Numbered from the whole stretch's first letter, positions 19,418-33,464 are shown. The stretch: DNA of 61,240 bases, filler included, from Rhizaria sp. SCN 62-66 (GCA_001724265.1; 4 parts of 4 records of this genome joined end to end with filler, not necessarily neighbours in it); one strand, 5' to 3'. The notes: a model not told the origin generated them from the letters alone. Program-made: numbers and translations.

Positions 19418-22400
19418 GCGGCCGCGGCAGGGTGCGCGGTGACGTCGCTCGCGGCCTCGTAGTATTCGCACACGCGCTTCTGATGGTAGTCGGCGACGTA
19501 CGCGCAGTAGCGCAGCGCGTTGCCGACCTCGCCGAGCCCGGTGACGTACATGGTGACGACCTCTGCGTGGCGGCCCAGGCGCGCGTAGAGCACGATGCGC
19601 TCGGCGACGAGGCTGCCGCGCACGGCAGCGGGCTCTGTCGCCGCCAGCAGCGCGCGCACGTCGTACTGGTCGTTCGACTGCAGGAACGCGCGGAACCGCG
19701 CGCGCGTGGCCGTAAGCAGCGCCGACGCTCGGGCCAGCGCGCGCTGGGCCAGCAGCAGCGCCTCGAGGCGGCGCGACACAAGCTCGCTCGCCGCGGGCGT
19801 CAGGCTGCTCTGGTCAGCAGCCAGCAATGCCTGCTGCAGCGCGACGGCGGCGGCGCGGACCGTGGTATTGACGCGGGCGCGGGCCGCGATGAGCGCGAGC
19901 GTGGTCGTCGTATAGCGCTCGGCCAGCAGCGTCGCCACGGGCCTGTCGAGCGGGCCGTTGGAGCCCGCGGTCGTGAGCGCCGAGCTGGTCAAGCCGGCGC
20001 CGGCGGCCGCGTGCGCCCCTGCGTGGGACGGGTGCTCTAGCTCGTACGCCAAAAGGGCTTCCACGAAGTCACTGTTGGTCACGCTCGCGGCCGTGCTCTG
20101 GTAGACGTTGTACGCCGGCGCCGAGGCAGACGGAGGCGCGGGGGCGCTCGCATCGGCGGCGCCAAGGCTGGCGGAGAACGGCACGGCGTGGAACTGCGGG
20201 AGCGCGATGGTGTCTTTGAGCGCGATGCCGGCCGTGACGCTGCTGGCGATGTTGCTCGCGGCCTGTGTCGGCGACTGCGCCTGCGCCGGCGCCTGCGCCT
20301 GCGAGAGCAGGGCCGCCGTCTGCCTGCCGAGCGCGGCCGCGACGGACTCTGCGCTGGCGCGCGCGCCCACGGTCGCGGCCGCGGCGGGCGTCCAGAGCGC
20401 GTAGACGAGCGCGTCGTCCTCGGCGTCGAAAGCCAACGCGGACGCCACGGCCACGGCCACGGTGTCGGGCTCGGGCGCAGACTGGGGCAGCAGCGCCGCC
20501 AGCAGCGCCGCGGGCGGTGGCAGGCACGGCGCCCCGGCCCGAGTCGTCGGCGCCGCGGCGCCGGCTCTCGACCCGGCGACTACGACGGCGGTCGAGCCAG
20601 CACCGGCGCTCGCGTTGGTGTAGGTGTTGGCGCTGGTGAGCGCGAGCACGGGTGTGGTCTTGACCAGGACTTGCTGCGCGGTGCGGACGTAGGCCATGAC
20701 CGTGGCGCGGGGAATGCGCGTGGCGCGCAGCGGCGAGATGAGCGTGTAAAGGCCGGCGCCGGGGAGACAGGCCAGCAGCCACCAGTTGTACTCGAACACG
20801 CACCACAGACCGAGGCCCGCGGTCGCGCTCGTGGTGGTTCCCGAGCTGACGGCGCCGGCAGCGCTCGCGTGCAGCGAGAGGGTGTTGGCGGGAACGATGG
20901 GAGTGTTCTCGTCGAGCAGCGCGAGGATGCGGGCGGTGAGGTACGACCAAGGGCCCGCCATCGACACCGCCAGGGCGCGCTGCGAAGTCAGACTGTTGCT
21001 GCCGCCGCTGTTGCTCCCCGAGGAAGACGACTGGGCAGCGACGCGCGGCGCCGTGTAGTTGTACGGCGTTTGCGCAAGCAGCGAGGCGGCCTCGGAGAGC
21101 ACGGAGCCGGCGGGGTACTTGGACGACGCCGCGGCCGCCGCGGACGACTGCATCGGCGACCCGCCGTCGGCCGAGCTGCTGACGCTGCTGGAAGTCAGGC
21201 CGCGGCCCGACAGCGACGCGGCGGCAGGACGCGTGCTCTTGCGGCGACCGCCCTTGTTGCCGCCGTCCTTACCGTTACCTCTGTAGGTCGAGTCCTTGTC
21301 TCTACTGTTGGTGTGCGACAGCGCCATCTGCCGCGCGCGCGCAGCCAGCGCGGCGCCCTCGCGGTCCGAGTCGGCGTCGGAGTCGGCCGAATCGTCCTCC
21401 TCCTGGTCCAGAGCGCCCGACGCCAGCAGCTTGGTGACGCCGTCACCAGCATCGTCGCTGCCGCCGTCTTCATCCTCATCCTCGTCTTCGTCCTCGTCGT
21501 CGATGTCGTCGTCCTCGTCGTAGTCCTCGTCCTCGTCCTCGGCGCCCGTGTGGCCGTTGGCCTCGTGATCACTCTCGGGAACGGGGGACTTGTCGCCGCC
21601 ATCGGGATTAGCGTCAATGACGCGGCTCGACTTCGCGCTGCCGCTGCCGTCCCGCATGTAGTCCTCGTTGACCGTGAGCAGCATGCCTCTGTTGCCGCGC
21701 GCACGGCCCGCCGCGCCGCCACTGCTGCCGCTGACAACGAGCTCGTTTCTGCTGCCGCTGCGGGAAAACCGCGCCGACCCGCGGCCCGTGCGCGACTGGC
21801 TCGCGGGCCCGCTCGGCGACGAGATGAACACGTCGCCGCCGCCGCTGCGCCGGCCGCCGATGCCGCCGCCAAAGGCGCGGCCGTGACGGGGACCGCGGGT
21901 CTGGCCGCCGTGCGCCGCGGCGGCGTCGCTGGCAAGCGCGACCGTCAGCGTGCGCACGAGCGCGACGGCGGCGGGCGGCGCAGACAGGCGGCCCAGCGCG
22001 AGCGCGCGGTAGAGCTCGAGCGAGAGCAGGTGCAGCCCGGCGCTGTGACAGAGCAGCGCGAGCAGCGGGAAATGGCCGTGCGCCGCGAGCGTGGTCAGGA
22101 TGAGCGGGAACAGCAGCTGCGGGCGGCTCGAGCCGCTGTTCAGCGCCGCGTTGCCGTTCACGCCGTTCGCGCTGCTCGTGGCGGCGCTGCCGGCGTTGTT
22201 GGGGTTGGTGTTGCGCGTGACGTCAATGAGCATCGTGGCGGAAGTCGCACCGCCCGGCACGCCGGCGCCGGCGCCGCGGCCGCCGGGCAGAGTGACCGTG
22301 GGCACCGCAGCGCCGGCCACGAGCGGGTACCCGGCGCCCGACGCCGCGCCGGCCACGGCAGCGGACTGGGGCTGCTGCGCGTGATGCGAGTGCAGCAGCG

Positions 22401-25400
22401 ACGCGTGGCTGTGCTGGTAGTATGGGAGGATCGTCGAAATGAGCTCCGGGAGCGTGAACGGCAGCAGTGACGTCAGCACCGAGCTGGACTCGAACTTGGT
22501 CTGCCCGTTGCTGCCGAAGCCGGTGAAGCCGCCGTGGTCGCCGCCGTGCGCGGACCGCGAGTAGGCGTGGCCGCTGTGGCGGGTGCCGCTGTGGTGCGCG
22601 TCGTAGCCGTCGTCGTCGTCGTCGTCGTGGTAACCATCGTGCTCGTACATGTCGTCGCCGTACTCGCCGTAGTCGTGGCCGTCGAGGTCGCCGCCGTCGT
22701 CGCCGTCGTCGTCATCGTCATAGTACGCCGCCGCAGCAGCCGCAGCCGCGGCCGCGTCGGCCTCAGCCTTCTTGCTGCCGCCCTTGCCGGGCCGCAGCTT
22801 CGCCAGCGTCTTCAGCGGCGCAATCGACTTGAGCGAGTTGAGAATCTTCCGCGCGGCGCGGCGGCCGATGGGGCGGCTGGCGCGCTCCTTCTCCTTAAGC
22901 GCCGCCGCGGCCGCAGCCTCGCGGCGCGCGACCGCGGCGGCAATTCGTGCCTTGGCGGCGGCGTGGCGCGCGCGCTCACGCTCAGCGGCCGACACGTGCG
23001 AGTGGTATGCGCCGATGAGGCTGGTCATGCCCGTGATCGTCGACAGCACGCCCAGCGAGGACTTGAGCAGCATGAAGGGCAGCGAGAGCCCGCGCAGCAG
23101 CAGCGACGAGTTGGCCACGCGCGTGCGCGCCTGCGCCAGTGCCGTCTCGAGCGCCTGCGGCGAGTAGAGCGACACCGACGACGCGCGGCCGTCGGGCGAG
23201 ATCAGCACACCGTCGCCGCCCGCGCCCGCGCCCGCGGCCGGATTCGCGCCCGTGACGCGGGACGCGGCGGCCGCAGCGGCGGCGCGGGCCGAGGGCGGCA
23301 GCGCGGCAAGCGCGAGGTCCATGGCGAGCGTGGCCTTGACGCTGTCGTTGGCGGCGGACACCATCAGCGGCGCCAGCCAACCAGGGCCCACGGCGACGCC
23401 GCCCGCGCTCGAGCTCGCCGCGCCGGCGCTGACGCTCGCAGTGGCGGCCGCGACGGCCCTGGCCGTGGCGCTCGCGTTGTTGCCGGTGCCGACGTGCTCA
23501 GTGGACGTCTCCGGGGCAAGCAGCCCGACGCCGAGAATGACGAGTGCCGAGTCTACCACGGTAAGCAAAAGGGACAGCACGCACATGCTCGCCGTCTCGC
23601 CGTCGCCGTACGACGAGCGACGGCCCCGCAGCAGCGCGGCCGCCGACGGCGCGGCCTGGCCGAGCACCGTGTTGCGGCGGCCCGAGGCGACCTCGGGGGC
23701 GGCGGCGCCCGTGGCCGTGAGCGCGAACGGCGACGCGCGCGGGGCCGTGGAGAAGGGTGTGAGCACGGCGCACCCGCGCTGAGGCCACGAAGCCTCCTCC
23801 TCGGCCTCGGCGGCGGCCACGGCCAGTCCGGCCGTCGCGGCCGACAGCGCGGCCGGGGTCGGGCCCGCCAGCAGACGGGACCGAGACCGAGACCGAGACC
23901 GAGACCGTGAGCGCGACCGCGACCGGGAGCGGGACCCATCGTCGTCGTCGTCGTCGTCCTCGAACGGGTTGCGCGGCCCAGCCGGGTTGCGGCGGGCCGG
24001 GGCGCGCGCAGTGACGTCCCGGCCGCGGCCGCGCGCTTGCCCGGCACCTGTGGCGGCGGCGCTGGCGCTGGCCTCTTTGGCGGCGGCCGCGGCGGTGGCG
24101 GCGGCCGCGGCGTTAGCGGCGCTGACGACGGCGAGCATCGCGCGCTCGTGCTGCTGCTTGTGCTCGATCTGCGCCACGAGCTGTCCGCGCAGCGCCCAAA
24201 GGTACCGCGACAGCGCGATGCGCGCGGTGCTCACCAGCGCCGCGCCTAACAGCGGCAGCGCGGCCGCCGCTGCGGCCGACGCCGCGGACGCGGCCGCCGA
24301 GGCGATGGACGAGCTGTAGCTGCCCGAGCCCGCGCTCGGACTGCTGGTACTAGCGTTGTTCACGTTCGCCCCGCTGTTGTTTGTGGTGAGGGTCTCGATG
24401 AAGTTGACCGCGTCCGTGGGGATGCCGCTGTCGTCAGCGGGCGTCGCGGCGGCGGAGCCGGGAGTGCCCGCGCTGCCGCTGGCGCCGGCGGCCGGAGAGC
24501 CGAGGGCGTTCTCACTCGCCGTCATTGCGGGGGCGGAGGCGGCCGAGACGGGCGCGACAGAGGCGGAGCCCGACGCAGACGCGGACGCAGAGGACGAGGA
24601 CGAGACAAGGGAGGAAAAGAAGGACACGGGCGACGTCGTAATCGTCGCCGTCGTGACGGCGCCGGAGGCGGGGGACAGCTGGCCCGCGGCGGCGGTGGCA
24701 GCGGCGGCGGCGGCGGCGGCTGCGCTGGCCGCGGTGCTCTGCCGCGATGCCAGCACGGCGTTGATGATGCGTGCCACGGTCGGCGGGGCCCCGTTGGCGC
24801 TGATGTTCGCCGCAGCGGCGGCGGCGGCGGCGCTGTGGCCGTTGCCGTGGCCGAGACCGAGCATTGTTGCCGTCACGGGCGAGCTGACCGCGCTGCTGCT
24901 GCTGACCGGCAGTGCGAGGGCCTCGTAGTCGAGCGGAATGCCCGTCACGGGCACCCAGCCAGCCGCGAACGAGCCGCCCGCCGCGGCCGCGCTGCCCGCA
25001 GCCGCGCTGGAGCTGGCGCCGGTGGCGGGGCTCACGGTCACTGCGGAATGCGCGAGCAGCGCGTCGAGCTCGGTGGCCAGCAGCGCGAGCGTCGGCGTGT
25101 GCAGCGATGTGACGGCCGCGACCGACGCATCGGCGGCGGCGGCGGCGCGCGCGGACAGCGAGGCGGCGGCCGCGGGGGACAGGAACGACGCCAGGAACGA
25201 GGTCGGCGACAGCGCCGCGCCGGGGGGCAGTGCCACAGCCGTGGTCTCGCTCGAGCTCGCACTTGAGCTCGAGCTCGAGCTCGTATAGGGGAGATTCGCA
25301 AAGATGTGCGACGCGACGGCACTCGCGCACGCGTCCTTCGTGTCGCCGCTCTTGCTACTGCTGTAAGCGTTGGTCTGTTTGGCGTCGACGAAGTACTGCG

Positions 25401-26885
25401 TGAGCGCCTGCAGCGGCAGCAGGTCCGGGAAGAGCGCAATGACCGCGAGCGGGGACGCGCCGCCGAGCCGCAGGTGTTCGAGCGCGCGGTCGAAACGCAG
25501 CGCGCGCAGCAGTGCACAGCCGGCGCGGACGTGGAACTTGGCGAGCTGCGTGACCGTGGGCGAAGTGCGCAGCAGCAGCGCCAGCGCCTCGTCGACGGCC
25601 AGCCGCGCAAGGTATTGCTCAACCTGCGCGGCCGTTGAAGTGACCGTGAGCAGACAAACCTCGGAGTCGGAGGCCACGTAGCACGACGGCGGGTGCGGAA
25701 AGGGCGCGCGCGCGCAACCGCCCGTAGGCGTGGGGTCCCGGTCTGCCGTCACCGCGAAGGCGCCGCGGGGCACGGTGCACGCGGCCGCGGGCGCGGCGGC
25801 GACCGAGGGGATCGTCTGCGCAACGCTCGAGTCGACCATGGAGATGGCGGCGGCCGCGCCGTCGGTGCCCAACACGACAGTGTACTGCGGGCCGACTGTG
25901 GTGATGGCCAGCGGCGGGCTGGTGATGGTCGCCGGGTTGCGCTGCGCGGGTTCGCCGCTCTCGCACATGAACACGGCCAGGTCCGCGCGCGTCACCAGAA
26001 ACTCGTTCGTGGTGGAAATGGCCGTCACGCAGGGCGTCGCGCCATCAAGCGGCAGCGGCACGTCGACGACGGCGCCCGTCAGTGCGTTGACGATCGAGTA
26101 CTCGCGCTTGTAGCCGATGCAGAAGCTGGCGCCCGTCCACGCGATCGTGAGCACCGTGTCGGGGATCGCAAATTCGCGGATCAGGTCGAACTTCTCGCCC
26201 AAGTACTGGTAGATCATCACCTTGCGCTTGGCCTTGTGCGGGACGACCAGCGACACGGGTGCGCCCATGTGCGTGGCCGAGTCAGCGGAAGACGTCAACG
26301 GACTCAGCGCAAAGCACGTGCCGGCGTTGGCAATGTCGGTCTTGTCGGGAAACTTGCGGAGGCCCTCCAGGTCGAAGAGCATGAGCTTGGAGTCGGCCAG
26401 CACGATGAGCGCAGAGAGGCGCGGGCACACCTGTAAGGAAAAACAAATGAAGATAACAATGATACAACGATCATAATTAAGAGTAGAACCGTGCATTAAA
26501 GACGATTAGCGCGTATTATCGCTAGGTGGAAAGTAGAACTCGACGATGTGACAATAGCGTTGAGAACTAAGCAAAGACGTACTTGTAGCTGAGTGACGGG
26601 CTTCTTGGCAACGACAGTCTTCTTGACGACGAGATCAAACGTCGTGGACAGCGCGCCGGAGCTCCTGCCTGCGCCACCAGCGCCATCGCCGCCCGCGCCG
26701 CCGCTGGGCGATGACGCGTTGAGGTCTGAGCGAACGTACTGGTAGAGAAAGCCCAGTTTGGTGCCGACGTAGACGGAGACGCCCCAGGCCGCGATCGAGG
26801 CGATGCGGTCGCCCGAGGCAACCACGTCGGCGCCGATCGCCGTGCGGTATGCATGGAACGCCTCGAAGGAGGACGCGCCCGACAT
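17977..26885 (-). CDS. VPS39/TGFBRAP1 (Vam6/Vps3) family protein, about 2918 aa (exons 26885-26583, 26430-17977)
   Basis: CNH-like N-terminus (SIAAWGVSVYVGTKLGFLYQY, KKPVTQLQV, IREFAIPDTVLTIAWTGASFCIGYKREYSIVN). CHCR-like RARFRAFLQSNDQYD and ERIVLYARLGRHAEVV. C-terminal LDVLSVLPDSFPL...CPECMKLIGERTVVSVYP...HYKC zinc finger. Intron 26582-26431 (GTACGT...CAG) keeps frame. Ends TAA. Confidence 0.85.
23875..23935 (-). repeat. Hexamer repeat encoding an (SR)n dipeptide tract inside the VPS39-like gene
   Basis: Plus-strand (CCGAGA)n-like run; translation SRSRSRSRSRSRSRSRSR. Confidence 0.8.
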
Positions 26886-27849
26886 GTGCGCTGGGAGAAG
26901 GCCGGTGGATGCTGCGGCGCGAGCGCGAGCGAGGTGAGTGGAGAGAGACGAGTCGGGGTGACAAGAAAGAGGTTGGGCGACGTAGGTCACGCCAGTTCTC
27001 TCGGTCCTAGAAGAGCGAGGGAAGCTGCTGTAAAAGCGCCAGTGTATGAACAAGTAGATATAATAGAGGGAATTTGTGTCAGAAAGATAGATTTGATAAA
27101 GGTGAGAGATCTGGACGACGATATGGCAGATTTAAGAAGGGCAAGGGAGGTGTATCACAAGGGTGACATTGGGACAGTTATACACATGACAGGTGGGAGC
27201 TGTATCAACAAAAAGTAAATGCCTGGTAATCAATGCAAGTGGACAGTCGCCTATTTTAAGCATATCGCTGTTGACGGATTCCTGACCGAGAACAGAGTAG
27301 ATTTTTAAAGGCTGATTAGAGCTCTGCCACTGACCGTGTGGCGGCCTAACTTTCCGCCCAAGAGCTCTGAACTGCACTGGAGCAACCATATTTTGCCCTC
27401 GTAAACGGTATTACCAGCCAGCTATAGAGATAAGACCGGCGTATTTGTCATTTCCCGTTCTTGTCAAACTCTGTGCATCTGATATATTGCGTCAAGACCT
27501 TTACCAGCCGTACCAAGCATTAACAATAGGTGTTGCCTTCAAGTTCTGTGGGGCTCTTCGCACACCGTGCGCAACGGGTCTTGTTCTCGCCAGAGACTCC
27601 GTCAGCGATAAAACGAATACGATTCTCTATTGCACCTCGCACGGAAACCTTGCTCATTTCTTTACTGCGTCTTCCCTTGCCGATCTACCCTTCCCCGTAG
27701 GCTCTTTTCGTTCCGACTTCTCGAGTCTGCCCCACTCTGACACAACTGCTACTCCCCCAGCAGCCCTCGCCTCGCCGCCGCACCGCCCCTCTGCACACCC
27801 GCTGCTGAACCGCGCCTCCCGGGTTCTGCTTTCTAGTCTGCGCGCGCGC

Positions 27850-30800
27850 ATGCCTCCCCGTCCCTCCGCCGGCGCATCCGGCGGCTCGCGCAAGCCCTCC
27901 TCCGACAAAGCTCACCATAACAACAAAAAGAGCAATAACAACAGCAACCACAATGGCAGCTCCTCCTCCAAGAAGCAGCAGCTGCAGCAGCAGATGGTCG
28001 ACGCGGACGCCGAGCCCGCTGCGGCCGCCCCACCCGCGCCCGTGCCCGCGGCGGCGTCGGCCGAAGCGCTGAACCAAGCGACGGCGGCGCTCAACAACGC
28101 TCTGTCCAAGTCGTGGCGCGTCGCGCGACAGCACAAGAGCAGCTACATCGGCGGCCGCGCGCACCTGGCGGCGGACGCGTCTTTCGTGGCGTGCTGGGAC
28201 AACGACGCGGTGGTGTTCTTGGACGTGACGAGCGGCGAGGTGGTGCACCGTGTGGTGACGGCCGAGGAGGACGCCATCACGGCCTTCGCGCTGTCGCCCG
28301 ACGACCGCACGTTGTACACGGCGCACAAGCGCACGATGGCGATCAAGAAGCACGACGTGGCAACGGGCGCGCTGATCCGCCAGTGGCCCGGGCACCAGCT
28401 GCCCGTGATGGACATGGCGCTGTCGCCCGACGGCCGCTTCCTCGCCACGGGTTCGGCGGACCGCACGGTGCGCGTGTGGGACACCGCGGGTGCGTTCGTG
28501 ACGCACAACTTCACCACGCACACGAGCATGGTGATCAAGGTGGCGTTCCACCCGCACGCGCGCCGGCTCGAGCTGGCCGCCGCCTGCGACAACGGCTGCG
28601 TGCGCTACTGGGCGCTCACGGCCGCCAAGGGCGCCGACAACGGCTTCGAGGTCAAGGGCCACATGTCGGCTGTGACGTCGCTCGCCTACAGTCACTGCGG
28701 CACGTACCTCTACACGGCCGGCCGCGACTCGGTCTTCACGGTATATAACACACTCAAGCGTGAGGCCGTGACGACGGTGCCCGTGTTTGAGGCCGTCGAG
28801 GGGCTCGTCCCGCTCCACCCCGCGGCCGCCTTCCCCTTCAAGCCCGCAAGCGCCGCCGCCACGGGTGCGAGCGCGGCGCCCGCGCCCTACGTGGTGATCG
28901 CGGGCGACAAGGGCCTGGTCCGTGTGTATGATGTGCTCTCGCGGCGCTGCGTGCTGACGTACTCGCCCGCCGCCGACGCCCTCATCCCGGGTTCCCACAC
29001 CGACCTGCACAGTCAGCTGGGGCTCGCCGCGACCGTGACGGACAAGGACGGCGTCTCGGCCTCGGCCTGGGTCGCCATCACGGGGCTCCTGCTCGGCTCC
29101 AAGGCCGCCGCACCCGGGGGCTACGTCCCGCTGCCGTTCGTCGCCAGCGCGCGCGCCGCGGCACGCCGGGCTGCGCGCGCCAAGGCGCTCAAGAGCGGCG
29201 ACGCGGTCGCGCTGCATGAGGCCAGCAAGAGCGACAGCTTCACGGGCCACGGTCTCAATGACGACGACGACGAGGAGGGCGAGGGCGCGGAACAGTACGA
29301 GGACGAGGAGGAGGCCGCGGCCGCCGCCGAGGCCAAGGCCGAGCGCGCCGCGGCGGCCGAGCTGGCGGGCCGCGCGCTGTTCAACGAGCCGTGTCTGATC
29401 GCGGTCACAGCCGAACACAACTTCGTCTTCGTGCCGCTGTCGACGCTGGCGCGGCGCAAGGTGCTGGTGGGCTTTAACGACGACATCGTCGACGCGCGCC
29501 TCATTCCCAACACGCGCAAGGTCGTCGTAGCGACCAACTCGCCCCAGCTGCGCATCTTCGACCTGGACGACCTCTCGGCCGAGCTGCTGTCGGGCCATTC
29601 GGACTGCGTGCTCTCAGTCTCGGTCTCCTCCTGCGGCCGCTTCATCACCTCGGCCGCCAAGGACAACACCGTCCGCGTCTGGCTTGTCAACCCGCCCCAC
29701 GTGCCCGCGCAGGCCATCGTCAACGGCACCGTGGCCGTGCCCGCGCTGCCCGGCCGCCGCACTCAGCGGCCCTTCGCCCAGCTCGTCGCCGTGGGCCACG
29801 GCCACACCGAGGCCGTCGGTGCCGTCCAGCTCTGCTCCAAGACGCCCGAGTTCTCGCTCTTCGCGTCGCAGCACAACCCGGCCGCGCGGCAGTTCTCCTA
29901 CGCCGCCGCGCCCTTCTTTGCCGTGTCAGGCTCGCGCGACCGCACGGTCAAGTCGTGGTCTCTGTCGCATCTCCTCGCGCTGGCCGACCCCGCCAACCGC
30001 GAGCGGCTCGAGCGCTACCTGGCCGACGCCGGCAACACGCGCACCGCCGCGCTCGCCGCAGCAAGGAAGAAGGCCAAGGCCGACGAGACCGAGGCCCTGA
30101 AGGACGCCGCGCTTGCCGCCACCAAGGGTGCGACGACGGCAGCCAACGTGTCGTCCGGCGGCGGCAAGGTGGCCGGTGCCAAGGCGGGCGCGCAGTCGCC
30201 CGAGCAGCAGGCTAACGCTGAGATGGCACGCGCGATGCGGCTCTCGCAACACGCCGTCTTCACCAAGGTTGACGGCGCCGACGTCGACGTCGCCTCGGCG
30301 CTGTGCGTGCCGCTGCGCCTCGCGGCCTCGGCCACGGCGCTCGCACACGACAAGGACATCAACACCATCGCCGTGGCGCCCAACGACCGGCTCGTTGCCA
30401 CGGGCTCGGCGGACCGCACGATCAAGGTCTGGTCGCTGCCGACGCTGGCGCCCGTCGCGGTGCTGCGCGGCCACAAGCGCGGCATCTGGGCGCTCGCCTT
30501 TTCCCCCGTCGACAAGGTCCTGGTCTCCGCGGGTGGCGACAAGGTGCTCAAGCTCTGGTCCATGGCCGATTACTCGTGCATCCAGACGCTCGAAGGCCAC
30601 CAGACCGGTGTGTTGCGCGCGTCCTTCGTGCGCCGCGGGCAGCAGGTCATGTCGACTGACTCGGACGGCGTGGTGAAGCTGTGGACGATCAAGACCTCAG
30701 ACTGCGCCGCCAGCTACGACACGGCGCACGAGGGCAAGGTGTGGGCGCTCACTGTTGCCGATGCGAGCGTGGTGGACCCCGCGCGCGCCGAGAAGGTCGG

Positions 30801-32244
30801 CATGGTGCTGCCCACGCTCGCGGCCGACTCGCGCACGCACAAGGCAGCCGTCGCCGCCTCGCAGTCGGCGGCGGCCGCGGCGGGCAGCTCCGCGCGGCGC
30901 TTCCACCGCGGACCGCGCGCCGTGCTGCTGGAGCCCGTGATGGTCACCGGCGGCATCGACTCTACACTGACTGTGTGGCGCGACGTCACCGAGGAGGAGG
31001 CGCTGGCGGCCGACAAGCTGGAGCAGATGCGCACGCTTAAGGAACAGCAGCTCCTCAACGCGCTCAAGAAGCGCGAGTACGAGAAGGGTTTCGAGCTCGC
31101 GCTGCAGCTCGGCCACCCGCGTCGCCTCTTCCTCGTCCTCTCCGACCTCACTGACGCAGAGAACCGCTACAAGCGCTTCCGCTACCTGACCAAGAAGCGG
31201 CACGATGAGCGTGACGCGCGCCGCGCCGCCCGCAAGGAGGGCCGGTTCCGCGCGCTGCGCGAGCGGCTGCGTGACGCCGAGGCCGCTGCCGTCGTCGCCG
31301 CTAAGGCCGCCGCGGCGGGCACCGGCAAGAAGGCCGAGGCGCGCGCCGCGCTGGCCGCCGCGCGATACAAGGGCAAGACGGCGGGCGAGCTCGCGGTCGA
31401 GGACATGTCGTCCGAGAGCAGCGACGAAGACCCCGAGGAGGAGGAGTACATCTTCGCCGAGGCCAAGGAGAACCTCGAGCTCAAGGTCGTCAAGCCGAGC
31501 ACGAGCGTGCGCAAGCTGGTCGAGGCACGCACGGTCGAGGAGTTGGGCCAGTGCGTGGCTATGGCGCAGGAGTGGAACACCAACGCCAAGCACGCGCCCA
31601 TCGCGCAGTACCTGCTGCGCACCATCCTCACCTCGGTTGCGCCTGCAGTGCTGCGCCAAGTCCCGCGCATCAAGGACGCCGTGACGGCGCTCGCAGTGTA
31701 CTCGCAGCGGCACTTCAACCGCGTCAACACGCTGCTGCAGGCGTCGTACTTCATCGACTTCACGTTCCAGAGCATGAACCTCCTCGTGCCCGGCTCGCTG
31801 GGCTTCGGCGTCAGCGAAATCGACGAGCTGAGCGACGACGACACCGCTCTCTCTACAACCGCTAAGGGCAAGGCCAAGGCTGGCGCGAAGAGGGCGTCGT
31901 CGTCGTATATGGCCAAGATGCTGTCGTTGGACGTGGACGAGAGCGAGATCGAGGCCGAGATGTCGCACACCGACACCGACAGCGACAGCGACGGCGACGA
32001 CAACGACGAGGGCGACTATGACGAAGACGAGGACGAGGATGAGAATGATGCCGAGGCTGACGGCGAGGGCGACAACAGCGACGATGTTGCTGCTACGCCC
32101 GACGCCGACGCCGACTCTGGTTCTGAGTCGGAGGTCGAGGCTGCTCCTCAGGTCAAGCGCTCCAAGCCCGCAGTCACTGCTGCTGCTAAGTCCAAGGATA
32201 CTGTCGCCAAGGACGCCAAGCTCGCTGCCAAGCCCGCTGCCGCC

Positions 32245-32282
<38 letters not shown>

Positions 32283-32844
32283 CAAGGCCAAGGCCAAGTC
32301 TGCCGCCAAGGACGCCGCCTCTGCAGGCGCTGGTGCCCCTGTGGCGGGAGCGCTGTTCGACCCCAGTGAGGCGCAGGTGGCGGCTATCGTGGCGCGGATG
32401 GACGCCGCGCGCGCGCAGGCGCTGGCGCAGGCGCAGAAGGCCGGCGGCTCGCGCGTGCTGTCGTCGGCACTGCTCGCAAACATGGACGCCAAGGTCGCCA
32501 AGGCCGAGGCCGATGCTGCTCAGAGCAAGAGTGGCAAGAAGGCCTCCAAGAAGGGCGCTGCCGCCGCTGCCGCGACTGCTGCTGCTGCTGATGCGGAGGC
32601 TGAGGCCGAAGATGGATTCAAGATGAGCGCGGAGGATGAGGCCTTCTTCAACTCGCAGAGTTCCTGGGGCCCGCCCAAGACCTCCTTCGGCACCGCTCCC
32701 GCTGCCGCAGCCACTAATGAGGGCAAGGACAAGAAGGACAAGAAGGCTGCGGCCAAGGTGGCTGCGACTGCTGATGATGAGAGCAAGGAGCACGACGCTG
32801 TTGTCAGTGACAAGAAGGGCACCAAGCGTGTTCGCGCTAAGTGA
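27850..32844 (+). CDS. UTP13: U3 snoRNP WD40 protein Utp13/TBL3 with long acidic/Lys-Ala tail
   Basis: Many WD40 repeats (LATGSADRTVRVWD, AHDKDINTIAVAPNDRLVATGSADRT, LRGHKRGIW). Utp13 signature VGFNDDIVD...VVVATNSPQLRIFD. C-terminal EWNTNAKHAPIAQYLL...YSQRHFNRV...YFIDFT. First plausible ATG at 27850. Ends TGA. Confidence 0.93.
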
Positions 32845-33175
32845 AGGAAGTAACAAAGCCGCACGGCAATGGCCGGCATCACTGGCGTTACTCAACTGAG
32901 GCCGACGGAAGGCCCTTATAGATTATTCAGAGTATAGATGGGCTCTTATCATAAATTTATCATCACCCAAGGTTAAATATGCGTATGCCAATACATATAG
33001 GGAACTATTTAAGACTAGTAGCAACAAAAATTCAGATACAGAGGTCATGGTACGATGATTTTACTGGGGAGGCATTTCAGTGAGCATTACTGTGGGCACC
33101 GAGCGATCGAGACGAAGAGATGGGTTTAGAAGGTATTATTAAGCTCCAAAAGTTATTGTATTGCGTGTAGTTACC

Positions 33176-33464
33176 TTACTTGCGCATAGCGGCAATGCGG
33201 GAAACCTCGGGGAGGCGGCGCTGGGAGGGCTTGACGCCCTTCTGGGGCTTGCCGGGACCCTTCACCTTGACGCCGGGGCGGGACTTGACCGCGGGGGCAC
33301 GCACGCGGCGCTTGGCCGCAGAGCGGGAGCGGACGTAGCGGGCGTGGACGGCGCACGAGATGCAGTACTGCTGCTTGATGTACAGCTTGGGGAGGGTGTA
33401 GGTGCCGGAGGGGTAGACGGACGCGGCAGCGAGGTCACCCTGGGCAGCAGCCTCGACCATGTTG
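33176..33464 (-). CDS. RPS26: 40S ribosomal protein eS26 (5' truncated by linker)
   Basis: [17 protein letters not shown]...[27 protein letters not shown] is diagnostic of eS26. Ends TAA. Confidence 0.95.

Noticed and set aside
17914-32895. Many long antisense/alternate-frame ORFs (e.g. 20188-22470 +, 27685-29598 -, 30697-32895 -)
   Set aside because: They are shadows of GC-rich, codon-biased real genes on the opposite strand and contain no recognisable motifs.
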